From Rhynchobatus australiae (taxonomy: Eukaryota): a stretch of DNA of 64,000 bases. The translations under genes were made by a program, and so were the position numbers. Where the stretch lies: assembly GCA_034780895.1 (NCBI GenBank), contig JAUZTB010000065.1, forward strand, positions 15,489,471 through 15,553,470, written 5' to 3'. Below, in pieces: positions 39,121 to 51,659 of the stretch (the stretch's first letter is position 1; every line of letters begins with the position of its first letter). The notes below the pieces were generated by a model. It saw nothing but the letters and a program-made list of their open reading frames with translations. It did not search any database and was not told the DNA's origin.

Positions 39121-42100
39121 CGTTCACAAGATTGTAAAGAAAATAAGACTGGTGGTGGATGAGAATAAAAGGGCTTGTATGATAAAAACGATCAAGAACA
39201 ACAGTACAAGGAGAAGGGAGAGAGAAACAGAGACAAGGACATAGACAGAGACAGTGCAAATTGATAGTATGTGAGAGCAAGAAAACAGAGAGACAGGAAG
39301 AAGCAGTCTAAGAAATGCACAGTTACGGGGGGGGGGGACAGACAGATGATGAAAATACACAGCAGATGTTCTCAAAGAAATAAAAATACATTACAAAAGG
39401 AACAAGAAGTAAATCACAAGGCTGAATCTGAGCACAGAGAATCCATTTTGCCAGGAAATGCTCCTCTTGGATCTGGATTTCTATCAACAGTATATTAAAA
39501 AGCAGACAATTTGTAACCCTCTGTCCCACTGTCTATTTAATCATTCATTCAGTCGGTAACTGACTCTAAACAAAAACAATAGGAACACAGGGCACATTGT
39601 ACACACAAATTATCACACTTTGAGAATGATGTGAACTCTTATCATGAAGTGTTATACTGCATTTGGTTTATTAAAGAGTGCAGATTAAACAGACTGAGAC
39701 TATCTTATATCATTATTAGAAATCCTATTCAATGAGTTTAAAAATGAAAGAGGTTTGGTCCAATGGGGCTTTGTGTACCATATATACTATTCCCTGGCCA
39801 AAACCAGGACACTAAGCAAAACCTACTTATTGTCAGTTTTGTTTCCTCTCTGCCATATTTACATTTCAGGTGAGGTGCTTTGGCAAATAGCACAAAACAC
39901 CATGTTTGAAAAGATAGGGCGAGATAATCCCAGAGCTGATTAGGATGTGATGTATTTGTAACTTTCTTTTAAAAAGAGGGACAGAGTGAAAGTTATGGAA
40001 AGATCCAGAGGGTAGGAATGTTTTCAGGCAATGGCCGGGGGAGGAAACTCATTCTTTTGCTTCTGAATCTGACCAGTTAGCTGCTGTCAGAAAGCAGAAG
40101 ATCCTTTAAAGTGTGAGGGCATACAATTCCTGAACAAACCACAAGATTAAATAGGTCATCTGTAACACTGGGAGTTTCAGTGTACTGGGCACTTCATCTG
40201 AAAAGGAAAAATAATTAAAAATAATTCTCTACCTCCCTACATTATATTAAAATTTTCCTCTCCCAACGCAAAAGGGCCTATTTTTATATCTAAAAACCTA
40301 CCACAAAAGGGTGATGGAATTGCTGCCTATAATGACAGTGGAAAAAGATGATAATTTGTATTAACTAGGGAGCAACGAGTCAAGCTCATTTGCATCTTTT
40401 AGATTATATGCATTTCAGAAGTAATTTCTGGAGGGGCAATGAATGAGTATTAATTCCCGCGTGAATTCACAATATAGAAAAAAAACCATCAAACACCACA
40501 CAGGGAAGGAGAGAGAAATTCGCAGCATAATAACGGTAGCTTGCTTGGTGAGAACTAATTCACGAAGAGCATATTTCACCCGCGCATTTAGGATCGAGCA
40601 TGATGGCTATAGAAAGACTGTTCCTTCAGTACTTTAACATTCTCCCAGATAATTATCATATCATATTTCATTTCTCTGCTTACAATGCTAGTCAGTCACT
40701 CTGCTCTCTTTGCAATTACTAAAGTAGAGAGAGAAAAGGTGAGTAAATCCCAGTGCATTCGATCTCTTCTTAATACCAGCCACATTTGGAGTTGGTGAAC
40801 ACATTGACTGAAATTTGACAAACAAAATTTGTCTTCAACCCTAATTATGACATATTTATTTGCCCTTTCCTGCAGATAATATTGGGCCTCATCTTTCAAT
40901 TAGTAATTATGAAAATTAATAGCAAACAAAAGCAATAATGAATATGGCTTCAGTAATGGTGACAGCACTGCTGCAAATATGACAAGGTCAAATTATTTTT
41001 TTGTGTGTAATTCAATGAATGTCATTAAGAAACATCCAGCATAATCTGTATCCTTTGTTCGCCGTGAAACATATTTCTTTACTTTGCTGATGCATCTTAT
41101 AAATTCCTTCCCATACACTGATTTTCTCCTGATGGCGTTGACTCTCAAAAGTGAACTATTCTATCACCTCTCTGGCTTGTCTTCCAGTGGCCATTTGAAT
41201 GACCGTGTGTGAGCCCAGATAGTCAGCTCCAGCAGCAAGTCAGCTGAAGCAGGAAGCACACAGGCTGACTTTTCTCTCTAACCTAATTACATAACAACAG
41301 GAACTTTATCCGATTCCTCGCTCTCCCAGTGCAATGACTTTCCATTTGCTTTATTAAGGGGGCGAAAAGCCAACATTATTCCACAAGAATGAGGAATAGC
41401 CAGCAGGATAGGATGAGACTGGTGATAATTTGGAAACTGGTAAACAGGCAGCTGGCAGAGGCAGAAGTTCTGGAAGTGTCACATCTAGAGAAGTCAATGG
41501 TCTCAGTGGCAGTGGGGACAGAGGCAAGGATTAGCAATTTCTAACCATCCACCCTTAACAATGGGATTTCAATATATAACTGCAGAAATTCAGACAAATT
41601 AATTCAAGAATATTTCCCTCAATAAGAATGCCGTGTTTCCAAATTCCTCTCCAAGTCACATCTCATTTGCAATTGGACATATCAGCTGTAACTCTGTCAT
41701 CATATAACAGGATATATATGAGAAATCCCTACCAACCAGCATGTTGGCACTAGCTTTACCACACAGACTGCACTGGTTCAAGAGGAAGGACACCACTCAC
41801 TCTCATGCCCCTCTGCCACCCACTGCACACCCACCAGCTACCAGGGCATCTACGTTTTTAGCTAAAAAAAAATCACTCATAGATAAGTGCTGTTGGAGGA
41901 GAACATTGCTTGGCAGTTCATGTTGTTTACTGATTGTTATCACTGGTTCAAGGAATAGGAGGAGGCCACTGGTTGCCTCCAAAATGTTTTGCCCTTCACT
42001 TTGATCACAGAAGATCTGTAAACTTAACTTTACTTACCTGTTTTGGTTTCTTAACCCTTCATAACATTCATAACAAAGATTGTTAAATCTCACATCTGAA

Positions 42101-43349
42101 ATTTTCAAATGATTCCCCCCAACCATAATGTCTTGGGACAACTCTGGACTTTTTGTGTGAAGAATTTCTTCTTGATATCAGCTCTGAATAGTCTAATTCA
42201 ACAAGAGGTTATGCTTGGATTCTAGAGGAAGGAGTTTCTCTCTAACCAAATGGCAGAGTTACGACAGGGCCTGGAACTTAAAGCTTCCATCTTTCTAAAG
42301 TTGAAGTATAGGCACTTTCGAGTCCTTGCCTATGTTTGATGGACAATCTAACAGCACAGATATGGGTATGAGGTCAAGGGAAGTGACAGAGTGTAAATCT
42401 GGATGTCAATAGTGTGCGTCTGGAAGCTGAGCCTGTACATGAATGAGTGACCGAAGATGGACATACCCCATCATAAGAGAGAGACAAAAGCCAAGGCAAC
42501 AAATGGCACAAGAGAAACATTTTAGGGAGTTAAGGAAGAGAGCAAGAGGCAGTAGAGTCTGTAAGAAAGTTTCTTCTGGATTTCAATACCACNNNNNNNN
42601 NNNNNNNNNNNNNNNNNNNNNNNNNNNNNNNNNNNNNNNNNNNNNNNNNNNNNNNNNNNNNNNNNNNNNNNNNNNNNNNNNNNNNNNNNNNNCTTCTGGA
42701 TTTCAATACCACATCCTCAAAATGGATAACATAAAGTAATTCAGAAAGGGGACAACATGCATAATTCCATTTCTGATTGTTTATCCTTTACTAGCACATT
42801 TCCTTTTACGTCTAAACTTTCTGGAAGTATTTTGTTCTAATCACATAGTTTCAGCCAGTTTAAGTTGCCCGCTTAAAATAGTCTTGGCTCCTCATCAAAC
42901 TTCACAAATATTTTTTTTTAAAAAAGGCACAGAGCACATAAAACTGAACATGTACACTGCAGCTTTTGTCGGAGTTTGGATTATTCACAGTTTGAGTATA
43001 TGCTCCCTCCTCCACAGGTTAATACTTTACATAAATACAGGCTTCCTTTGTTCATGATCCCAGCTGGACTTTCAGGAAGAACTGCTGCTCAGGACTGTTG
43101 CCTCTGGGTCCTAATTGAAGGTTGCTCCTGTCTCAGGTACACTGGAGTTAAAATTGCAGAGTCTGTCTTCCCAGTCTTTTTCCCACAAGACTGGATTCAT
43201 GCTTCCAGTACAAAGCTTGTTAAATCTATGACATTGTGTACCTGCAGGCTATTCCAAAATTTAGGGCATCACATGCTACTGAAAATGGTGCGAGACTTGC
43301 TCATGATATATATTTCCTTCTGACATTGAAGCCGGATGTTTGGCACATT

Positions 43350-43620
43350 GCGTTCATGCCAACTCTCAGGGGAATCCCATTCCCCACTTATTTCCCTGTA
43401 ACCTACTCATATACACATCGACACTCCCCTGCCACCATGCCAGGGGTAAGATACAGGAGACGATTAATCTGCCAACCAGCCATCTTTGGAACGTGGGAGG
43501 ACACCGGAGCACCTGGGGAAAACCCACACAGCTGGAGAGAGAACATGCAAACTCCACACAGATGACACTGAAGGTCGGGATCAAACCTGGGTCACAGGAG
43601 CTATGAGACAGCGATGTCAC
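43350..43620 (-). mobile_element. HE1-type V-SINE
   Basis: V-domain tctttggaacgtgggaggacaccggagcacctggggaaaacccacac...catgcaaactccacacaga and tRNA head in reverse. Confidence 0.85.
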
Positions 43621-43659
43621 ACACTTTTTGCCATTGTGCTGCTCATGATAGATTTAATG

Positions 43660-44025
43660 CAGCAAAGTGGAAAATTTACTACTGGACTTGTAATCCAAAG
43701 ACATGAGTTCAAGACATTTTTTGGAGACATGTTCAAGTATCAGCATGACAGTTAGGATATTTAAATCTAGTTAATTAAATAAATCTGGGATAAAGAATTA
43801 ACAACTATGGCCAATAAATTACCAGATAACTGAAGAAACCCATCCAGTTTAGTGGTGTCCTTTAACAAAAGAAATCTGCTATCTTTGCCTAGTCTGGCCT
43901 TCAGACCCACTGGAATGCCTTCTGAAGTGGCCAATCAAGAGAATTTCAGTTGAAGGGATATAAGGCATGGGCAATAAATGCTTGCTTGTCCCGAGATGCC
44001 CATATCCTATGAATGAATTTTTTAA
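43660..44025 (+). mobile_element. tRNA-headed elasmobranch SINE with LINE-derived tail
   Basis: actggacttgtaatcca...aaatctgg...aaacccatccagttt..gtgtcctttaa..gaaatctgc...gggcaataaatgct. Related copy at about 47030-47500. Confidence 0.6.
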
Positions 44026-46049
44026 ATAGTTACTTTTCTGAAATAAGCTAATCAACTCATGCAGAAAGAATGGCCACTCAATGGTAGTATCAGAGAGAAG
44101 CTGGCACCAGTCTGACTTTACACGGTTGGTCACTAGATTCAAGAGGCAAAGGTGAATGGAGTATACTGAAGAACAATAGTCAGTTGATAACATACTGCAT
44201 GCGATTCTTAAGGCACAGCAGGCATTGCCTCATCCAAATTGTTTGTTCCCAACAGCTGTTCTCAAATTATTAACATTCCACTAAGCCTTATAACAATGAT
44301 ATGGAACGCAAGGGTCAAGAGCACAACTGTCTTTGCTGGTCATTGACCTGAGCTGGCCAAGAGGAAGCTTAGCTTGAAAGCTGAAAGCTAGCCAAGGTGA
44401 TTGACCATGGCCACTTGAAAATGGAGGAAGACATTCAGCATTTTGAGCATATTCTGTCATTCAATAAGAACATGACTGATCTGTACCTCAGCTCTTCTGA
44501 CCTTCCTTTGGTCTGTATTTCTCAGTGCATTCATCCAACAAAATCTGTCATCCTTAGTCTGGAGAGCTCTAGTTGATCCCTTAACAGTTACTGTTTTGGG
44601 TGAATAAGCTCAAGATTTCCAAAATCCATGGTGTCAAAAATTGTTTCCTGCTTCCATTCCTAAATGGCATAGTTCTAATTTTGGTTCCTACCACTGACCA
44701 CTTTCCAGTCATTCCTGTGGGACGGTGAATATAAATGTCAGATCAGTTTCAGCTTGGATGCATTCTGTCTTCAAACAACTTATTTGATGACGTCATGGAT
44801 GACAGACAGAGGCAGAGGTAGTGCATCTTGACTTGAGCTAAAATCTCTTGGAGAGATAGCAAGAAAGTATAAGAGTAAAAATGTAGAATAAAACCAAAAA
44901 TAAAACTAAAACCTAACAGGAAACAGGGGAATTTGGACAAATGAACTAGATGTGATTTAGACATTAGGATTTTGGGAACAGTCCAAGGATTATAATATAA
45001 ATACTAAACTAATAATGGGATTGGGTTGGAATGTTTCACTGGAAGTCAACTGGGATGATCTTGGATTCAGGTTTGACTGCCCTGTATAGGACTGGCTGGA
45101 CCAGTGTGTAACTAATAATCCTTTCTGCTGACAGCCCTTTGTGGCTACAGTTAGGTTACTCGCTGCCAAGACTTTCTAATCATACAACTGTGAAACAATG
45201 AAGCTTTAGAACTCAAGTACTGCTTTCATCCCGGAGCCTAATTAACTAAATCAGGAAGACAAAGCATTCAACTATCTCCTGTAAAGAAACAAAGTCAGTC
45301 CCGTGTAATTTAGCCTGGCTTTGATTTACTCAGTTGTTGTGTTCAGTAATCTCTTTTTCTCAGGACACAGAAGCCAAACCTTCCCTGCAGCTTTTAATTT
45401 GCATTATTTTCCCCTTAGTTTCTTTTGCCCAGTTGCTGTCACAGTCTATAGCAGCTGGGCTTGGTTTATTTCAGGATGAGGTGAGGGGTTCCAGAGGTAT
45501 CACACTGCATAACAGACCCTGTCAGTCTCACTTAATTTGAATCTTTACTATTTCTTCTGACCCATCTTACATCAATGTTATCTTACACTGTATCGTTTTT
45601 CACATGTTCCAGTAATTCACCAAATAAACCCAAATACTAACATGGACACTGAATGTCAGAAACTATTCAACATGAGGAGAGTTATAGTGCCTTTTCAATT
45701 TATTTTACTCAAAATATTTGATGCTGTGTCTCAGCTTCTACCCTTGGATTAGATGACACACACTTCATATTTTCTTCATGATAGTGAACAGAAAATAATT
45801 CCAATAGATATGTGGCAGTTCCTATTCTTTCCTGCATCTCTGTGGGTTTCTTATCTCAGCCTTCAGAAGAGGTTGATCCTTATTGCTTTGAAGTTTGTTC
45901 TAGTCTCCAATTAAACAATTGAAAAGTAGATAGCCCAGTAAAAGAACGGAGGATTTGCACTGAATTTTCCATTAAATGAAGGGTTGTACGTGTCATTGCC
46001 AAGGGCAACTATATTGTTTAGGTACCATAGGAAGCCCTAATTGGTCTTG

Positions 46050-46990
46050 ACAATGTGGTGGTGAATCATTTCTTTCACAAGAGTGATAGTTTGAGGAGAT
46101 TCCTGGACTTTGACCCAACAACAATCAACAAAACAGTGTTAGATGTCCTTGGAGGGCTTACGCATGCTACCCTTGTCCTTCTATGAGTGGAGATCATCAG
46201 TTTAGGGGGTACTATTGAAGCCCTGCTGAGTTGCCATGGTGCATTTTGTAGATTGGATACACTGCAACCAGTGTACACAATGATGGAGAGAATGAATGTT
46301 TAAAGTAGTGGTAGGACACCCATCAGGCAGGCTGCTTTGTCCTGGATGACATTGAGGTACTTGAGTGTTGTTTGAGCTCCACTCATCCAAGTAAATGGAG
46401 GGTATTTTGTCATACTTTTGATGTTCCATTTAGATGGGGAAATGGCTTGGTGGAATAAGGAGGTGAAATATTTAGTGTAAATAATCACAGGAGCCACAGT
46501 ATAAATGTGTTTGATCCAGTTAAACTTAGGAGGTCAATGATCAGCACTGACTCAGTGGGTCAAAGAACCCATTTCCATGCTGTATGTCTCCATGACTCAA
46601 TGACTAATTCTGCTCAATACTCTTGTCCAGGATTTTGATGGTGGGTGACTCAACAAAGGTTATGCTCTTGAATCTCAGGGAAAGATGGTTAAACTCTCTC
46701 TTGATGTAGGTAATCTTTGCCTGTTACTTGCCAAATATCAGTCTTAATCTTGTCTCATTCTTTCTGCCTGCTCTGTCATTGGAGAAGTTGTGAATGGAAT
46801 TGAGCAGTGCAATCATCAGCAAACATCTATACTTCTGGCTTTATTAAGAAGGGAACCTCATTAATAAAACAGTGGAAATAGTGGAATTTGGACAGAACCC
46901 TGAGGATTCTTGCATCATCATCTGGGGATTTGATGAATGATTTCCAGAAAACACAAGCATTTGCTTTTGTGCTCAGTATAACTCTTGCCA
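46050..46990 (-). mobile_element. Decayed LINE (RT 3' region)
   Basis: caggctgctttgtcctggatg..ttgag..cttgagtgttgtt.gagct.cactcatcca (IQDKAA..., WMSxA.TTLK) and catcagcaaacat (MFAD in reverse). Confidence 0.7.
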
Positions 46991-47208
46991 ATGGTGCGTT
47001 TTCTGTCCTGTTCTGATGAAATACAGTAAAGTAGTGGGATTACTAGACTGATAATCCAATAGGCCCTGATAAATGATTTTTGATTATCAATTCAAATTCA
47101 ACCACAGAAACACAGAGAATTTAAAATCCAATTAATGAAATAAATCCGGAATAAACTGCTGGCATCAGAAATGACGACTCTGAAACTACCATCTGTTGTC
47201 ATTGTTAC

Positions 47209-47327
47209 CACTCTATACTAACCCAATGTAACTGCACTATGTAATGAATTGACCTGTATGATCAATATGCAAGACAAGTTTTTCACTGTACCTTGGTACG
47301 AGTGACAATAATAAACCAATACCAATA
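47209..47327 (+). mobile_element. Young LINE 3' end with (ACCAAT) tail, nested in an older SINE
   Basis: gtaatgaattgacctgtatgatcaatatgcaagacaagtttttcactgtaccttggtacgagtgacaataataaaccaataccaat. An inverted copy lies at 51254-51552. Confidence 0.7.
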
Positions 47328-48449
47328 TGACAAGAAAATCTGTAACTCTTGCCCACTTTGGCCGATTTGTGACTCACTGTAATTCAATTTACTCTTAACT
47401 ACCCTCTATAATGACTCAGAAGGGTGCACCAGCTTGAAAGTGCAATGCAGCAACTTGCTAAGACTTCCTCAACAGAATTCCTAAATCAGCTATTCAAGGT
47501 AATTCTGGCAGTAAAGTTCTTTGGGATTCCTTGAACTTGTGAAAGGGTGTGTTTGCTGCAAATTAATCTTTTAATGTTTTATCCTAAAAATGTTTAGGAG
47601 TTGATACGTCTGAATTTCTCTTCCAATGGGAGTCATCAGGATGGTGGGGCCAGGGTCAGAAGTAGGAAAACATTACTCTGGTGTAGAATTGGCTGAATAT
47701 TTGCCTGATTTGAGGGTGTGGATAAAGAATAAAATATCACTTCAAAACAAAATATGTGGAATTGTGGTTCAAACCAAATAACTATGACAAAAAACAATTT
47801 TCTACACAGTTCTGAATGGCACTTGAATAAATTATCTTGACAGTATCCGTGGCTTTCTGGAAAATGCAGGGGTTACAGTTTCTTTGTTGCTAACAACTAT
47901 TTCCTAACAAGAGCTGGAAAAATATCATCAGACCAGGAAAACAAATCACATCGCTAACTCAACAGAAATAAATCTAATCCAGCTCATACAAGATAGTTTA
48001 AAGAAAGTGCTCTGACTCTTATTGGAGTGCAGGTCCAAGATTTTAGGAGAAATTAAAGGAGCTGGAGTTAGTGCAGGAAAATGATGCTAAAATAACAAGT
48101 CAGCTGTGAGCTTATTGAATAGTGGAGAATGCACAAGGAGCCAACGACCTACTCATGCTATTATTTATATTCTTAAGAACGCTGACTCTCACGGGGTAGT
48201 GATCCCATGAGCACAGATTCTCAGTAGGTATGGGTTCCACCGGTGCTAACTCTCATTGGTTTATGGGGTTTGGGGCACAGATTTTTCCACAGGCACTGAC
48301 TGTCACTGGGGCAGGAGTTGCCCTGGCAGGGACTTTCACTGGTGTATGGGTCCCATGTGCGTTGGCTGCTTCTGGGGGACAAGTTCCACAGAAACTGACA
48401 CTCTACCAATCTTGTCCCAATTATCAGCAAAACAATGGAAACAATATTG

Positions 48450-48534
48450 TCCTCAATCCTGAGGGAAGAAGAGTCATTGGAAACAATATTGACAACATTG
48501 TTTTCAATGACTCTTCTTCCCTCAGGATTGAGGA
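48450..48534. repeat. Near-perfect inverted repeat (42-bp arms, centre 48492)
   Basis: Base-by-base pairing shows 40 of 42 Watson-Crick pairs. Confidence 0.95.
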
Positions 48535-51253
48535 TGATTTCCTTACATCCATGGATTCTGAGAGTAGCTGATGAGGTCAATGTGGGCACGGCAGATGGGT
48601 TGGTAGTTTGAAAGGTGGTGCACTCCTTCTGCAACTTACACAGAGCTTATGTTTATTTCTGATGGATGTACTCAAGGTTGTCAATAGCATCTGAAATGCT
48701 CCTTCTCCACTTTATACTGTTATGGGCCAGAGATTCTCAATGATCAGTGAAAATGTTGCACTTCCTCAAGGAAGCTTTCAGCACACTTGTACACCTACTA
48801 AGATATGAAACTTTAGTTCCACACCATTGCTATATTTCAGACCACTTTACAACCCTACTCTAAACTTCACCAGAAAAGCTAAATTCCAGAGATTGAATGC
48901 CCTGTGCATCAGTGCAACTTTTTTTAAGCATAGCATCAGAGCAAGAGGTGCATGGGAAAACCATCATCTTCATCCCTTCCATTTCTCTACCTTATAAATA
49001 GATTGCTTTCTCTTCACTATTGTTGGTTCAATATTAAACTCCTTACTTATAAGTGTGTCTGGTGGATCTTCACCACAGAGACCACAGAAGTCATAATCTT
49101 TACAAAGGCAATAAGACTGACAATAAAAGTGTCCTTGGCAGCAATGCCCACAAAGTAAGTGAATAATAAGTATTTTTTCAGATTAAACCTCTGATGTTGT
49201 TTAGGATACAGGCTCCCAAACCCTCACTCTCTTTGAGGTTACATTTCATAGGCTTGGACATGAGATATGGATCTATGGACACTGTCTGCTACTGGAACCT
49301 CTCACAAGGGTATGGATTGCTCCCACATCCACTCTTTCTGGGATGTATGTTCCAGATAAACTGCAGGATGTTGAAATTACTTAACAATAAAATCAGATAA
49401 TTGTATCAATGGCATGGCATTTCATTCAGTTGACTGCAGGATAAAGCTGTAAACCAGTGTGTCTCACTTCTGCTTGAGAGAGGGTTAAAGCACACTTGGT
49501 GATGAATGATTTCAGTTTTCACTCAAATCTTACCAAGGCCTTGGCACAAAATTTACTACAATAATAGAAGGTGACCTTTCAGTAATATTTGAAATAATCG
49601 GTAGGTAAAGCTGGCATTTAAAAAGCAATCAGAAAGTTTTATAACCTAGGATATCCCACAGGGTCTTAAATAGACCAAGACCTTGTTGTGCCTCAGTAAA
49701 TGTCTCTGTATTTCAGGTGGATATATGTTTACCAAAGACAGTCATGGATTTTTAACTTTGATAGGTGTTAAAGACAAGTATGAATTCTCTTTCTGGTGAT
49801 CTAGTTGTACTCAATGGATACTGAGAGGACTCTGGGAGAACATTATCCATCCTGAATCATCTCATTAGCCTCTCAGCTTTCCCACTTACCCCACGTTTAA
49901 TCTTGAAGTTCACAGGAATGTTGATGGGAGCACTTGCTCTAGGCATGTACGTGTGTTTATACGTGTGCATGCATGTGCCAACTCTTTTTTGACAACACCT
50001 TTCATATAGACAAAGTCTACCAACACAGCACAAGGGCAGCAGGCACATGGCAAGATCACTGTCTGCAGCTTCTCCTCCAAGAAACAACAGTTTCACAAAT
50101 ATATCCCATTAACTTCATGTCATTTAGTGTCAATACTAAACTTTCTTACCCAGCAGCACAGTAGGGGAATCTTCCTAAAAGACAGCTCGCCACCATCTTC
50201 TCAAGGGAACTTAAGGATAGGCAAGAAATTCTGGTCACATCCCAAAAATGAACTTAAGTCAAAGTGTGTGGATGTGCATGTGCACATTTCCAAATGTGTG
50301 TGAAATCTTACGTGTGTGAAATTTTATGTGTGCATACAGATTTGATGACAAAAAAGGCATTTCTGATGCCTCATATAGTCCAATTTCTCACCCATGTTCC
50401 CTGTGAACAATGGCTATTTGGGTTTGACTACACTTACCAGTCGCTCTCTGCTGTGCTACAATTTAAAGCTAGAAGGAAAGGAAATTGGCAAGATAAAATG
50501 TAAAAGTTCCCACAACTCTGCAGCCAAGATAACGTAAACTGTAACCTAATTATCGGAAAATCTCACTCGGAAAAGCTGGAAGCCAGAGGGAGCTGCCAAA
50601 CCATGCTATAAAGTTAAACAGTAAACACATTCAGAGACCAAAGCAAAATAGCAATCCCACTAAACAGGTACAACTCAATGGCAAATAAGATGGTTGGCAA
50701 CAAGACAGGAAATAAAAACCAGGCCTTGATATTTACAGGGAATCAACAAGGGAGGGAGAGATTTAGGCAGCATGGAGTGTTGTGGAAAAAGGGAGGGAGC
50801 AGGCAAGGGACCAAGCATGTCAGCAGCTCAGAAATTGGAAAGACTGGAGCAGTGGAAGTATCAGCAAATTTAATGGAATAATATCTTTTAAAGCTAGTTA
50901 TCCATCAGATTGAAAGGATGGGCTGAGTGTTTTGCAGGAAACCCTGCCCACAAAGGCAGCAAGTGGTGTCTAGTTGAATGTCAAGATGACCTGGTGGAGG
51001 AGGGAGGGAGGAGAAAAGGAAGTGGAGAATCCATGGAGAAAATGCACTTGTGAGGGTGGTGGGTACTCCTGGAAGAGACTGGGAGGCAGAAGCAATGGAC
51101 ACAACAATAGGAGGGTCTCGTTGCATGGACAGAGACAAAAGTAAGGAAGTGATCATGGGAAAGAAGGAATGACAGAGGAGATCCTTGCCTGGCTGCTGTT
51201 ATGGATGTTGTCACAGTGCAGGCACACTGACAACGCAAAACTTTTGCGAAAAT

Positions 51254-51552
51254 TGGCATTGGATTATTATTGTCACTTGTACCGAGGAACAGTGAAAAAC
51301 TTGTCTTGCATACCGATCGTACAGGTCAATTCATTACACAGTGCAGTTACAATGAGTTAGTACAGAGTGCATTAAGGTAGTACAGGTAAAAACAATAACA
51401 GTACAGAGTAAAGTGTCACAGCTACAGAGAAAGTGCAATACAGGTAGACAATAAGGTGCAAGGTCACAACAAGGTAGATTGTGAAGTCAAGAGTCCATCT
51501 CATCGTATAAGGGAACCGTTCAATAGTGTTATCAAAGTGGGATAGAAGCTGG
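51254..51552 (-). mobile_element. Young LINE 3' fragment (same family as 47209-47327)
   Basis: ttattattgtcacttgtaccgaggaacagtgaaaaacttgtcttgcataccgatcgtacaggtcaattcattacacagtgcagttaca..., with CpGs retained. Confidence 0.75.
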
Positions 51553-51659
51553 GACAGTGGGATAGAAAATATGTTCTCAGGTTGTGGTGAAGCTGGAACT
51601 ATTGCCCATCCTCACTATCCCAAGTAGAATTTGGCACAGCAATTAATCATGAAATCATG

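Noticed and set aside
48221-48634. Overlapping ORFs on both strands sharing the peptide LNPEGRRVI
   Set aside because: A consequence of the DNA palindrome, not coding evidence.
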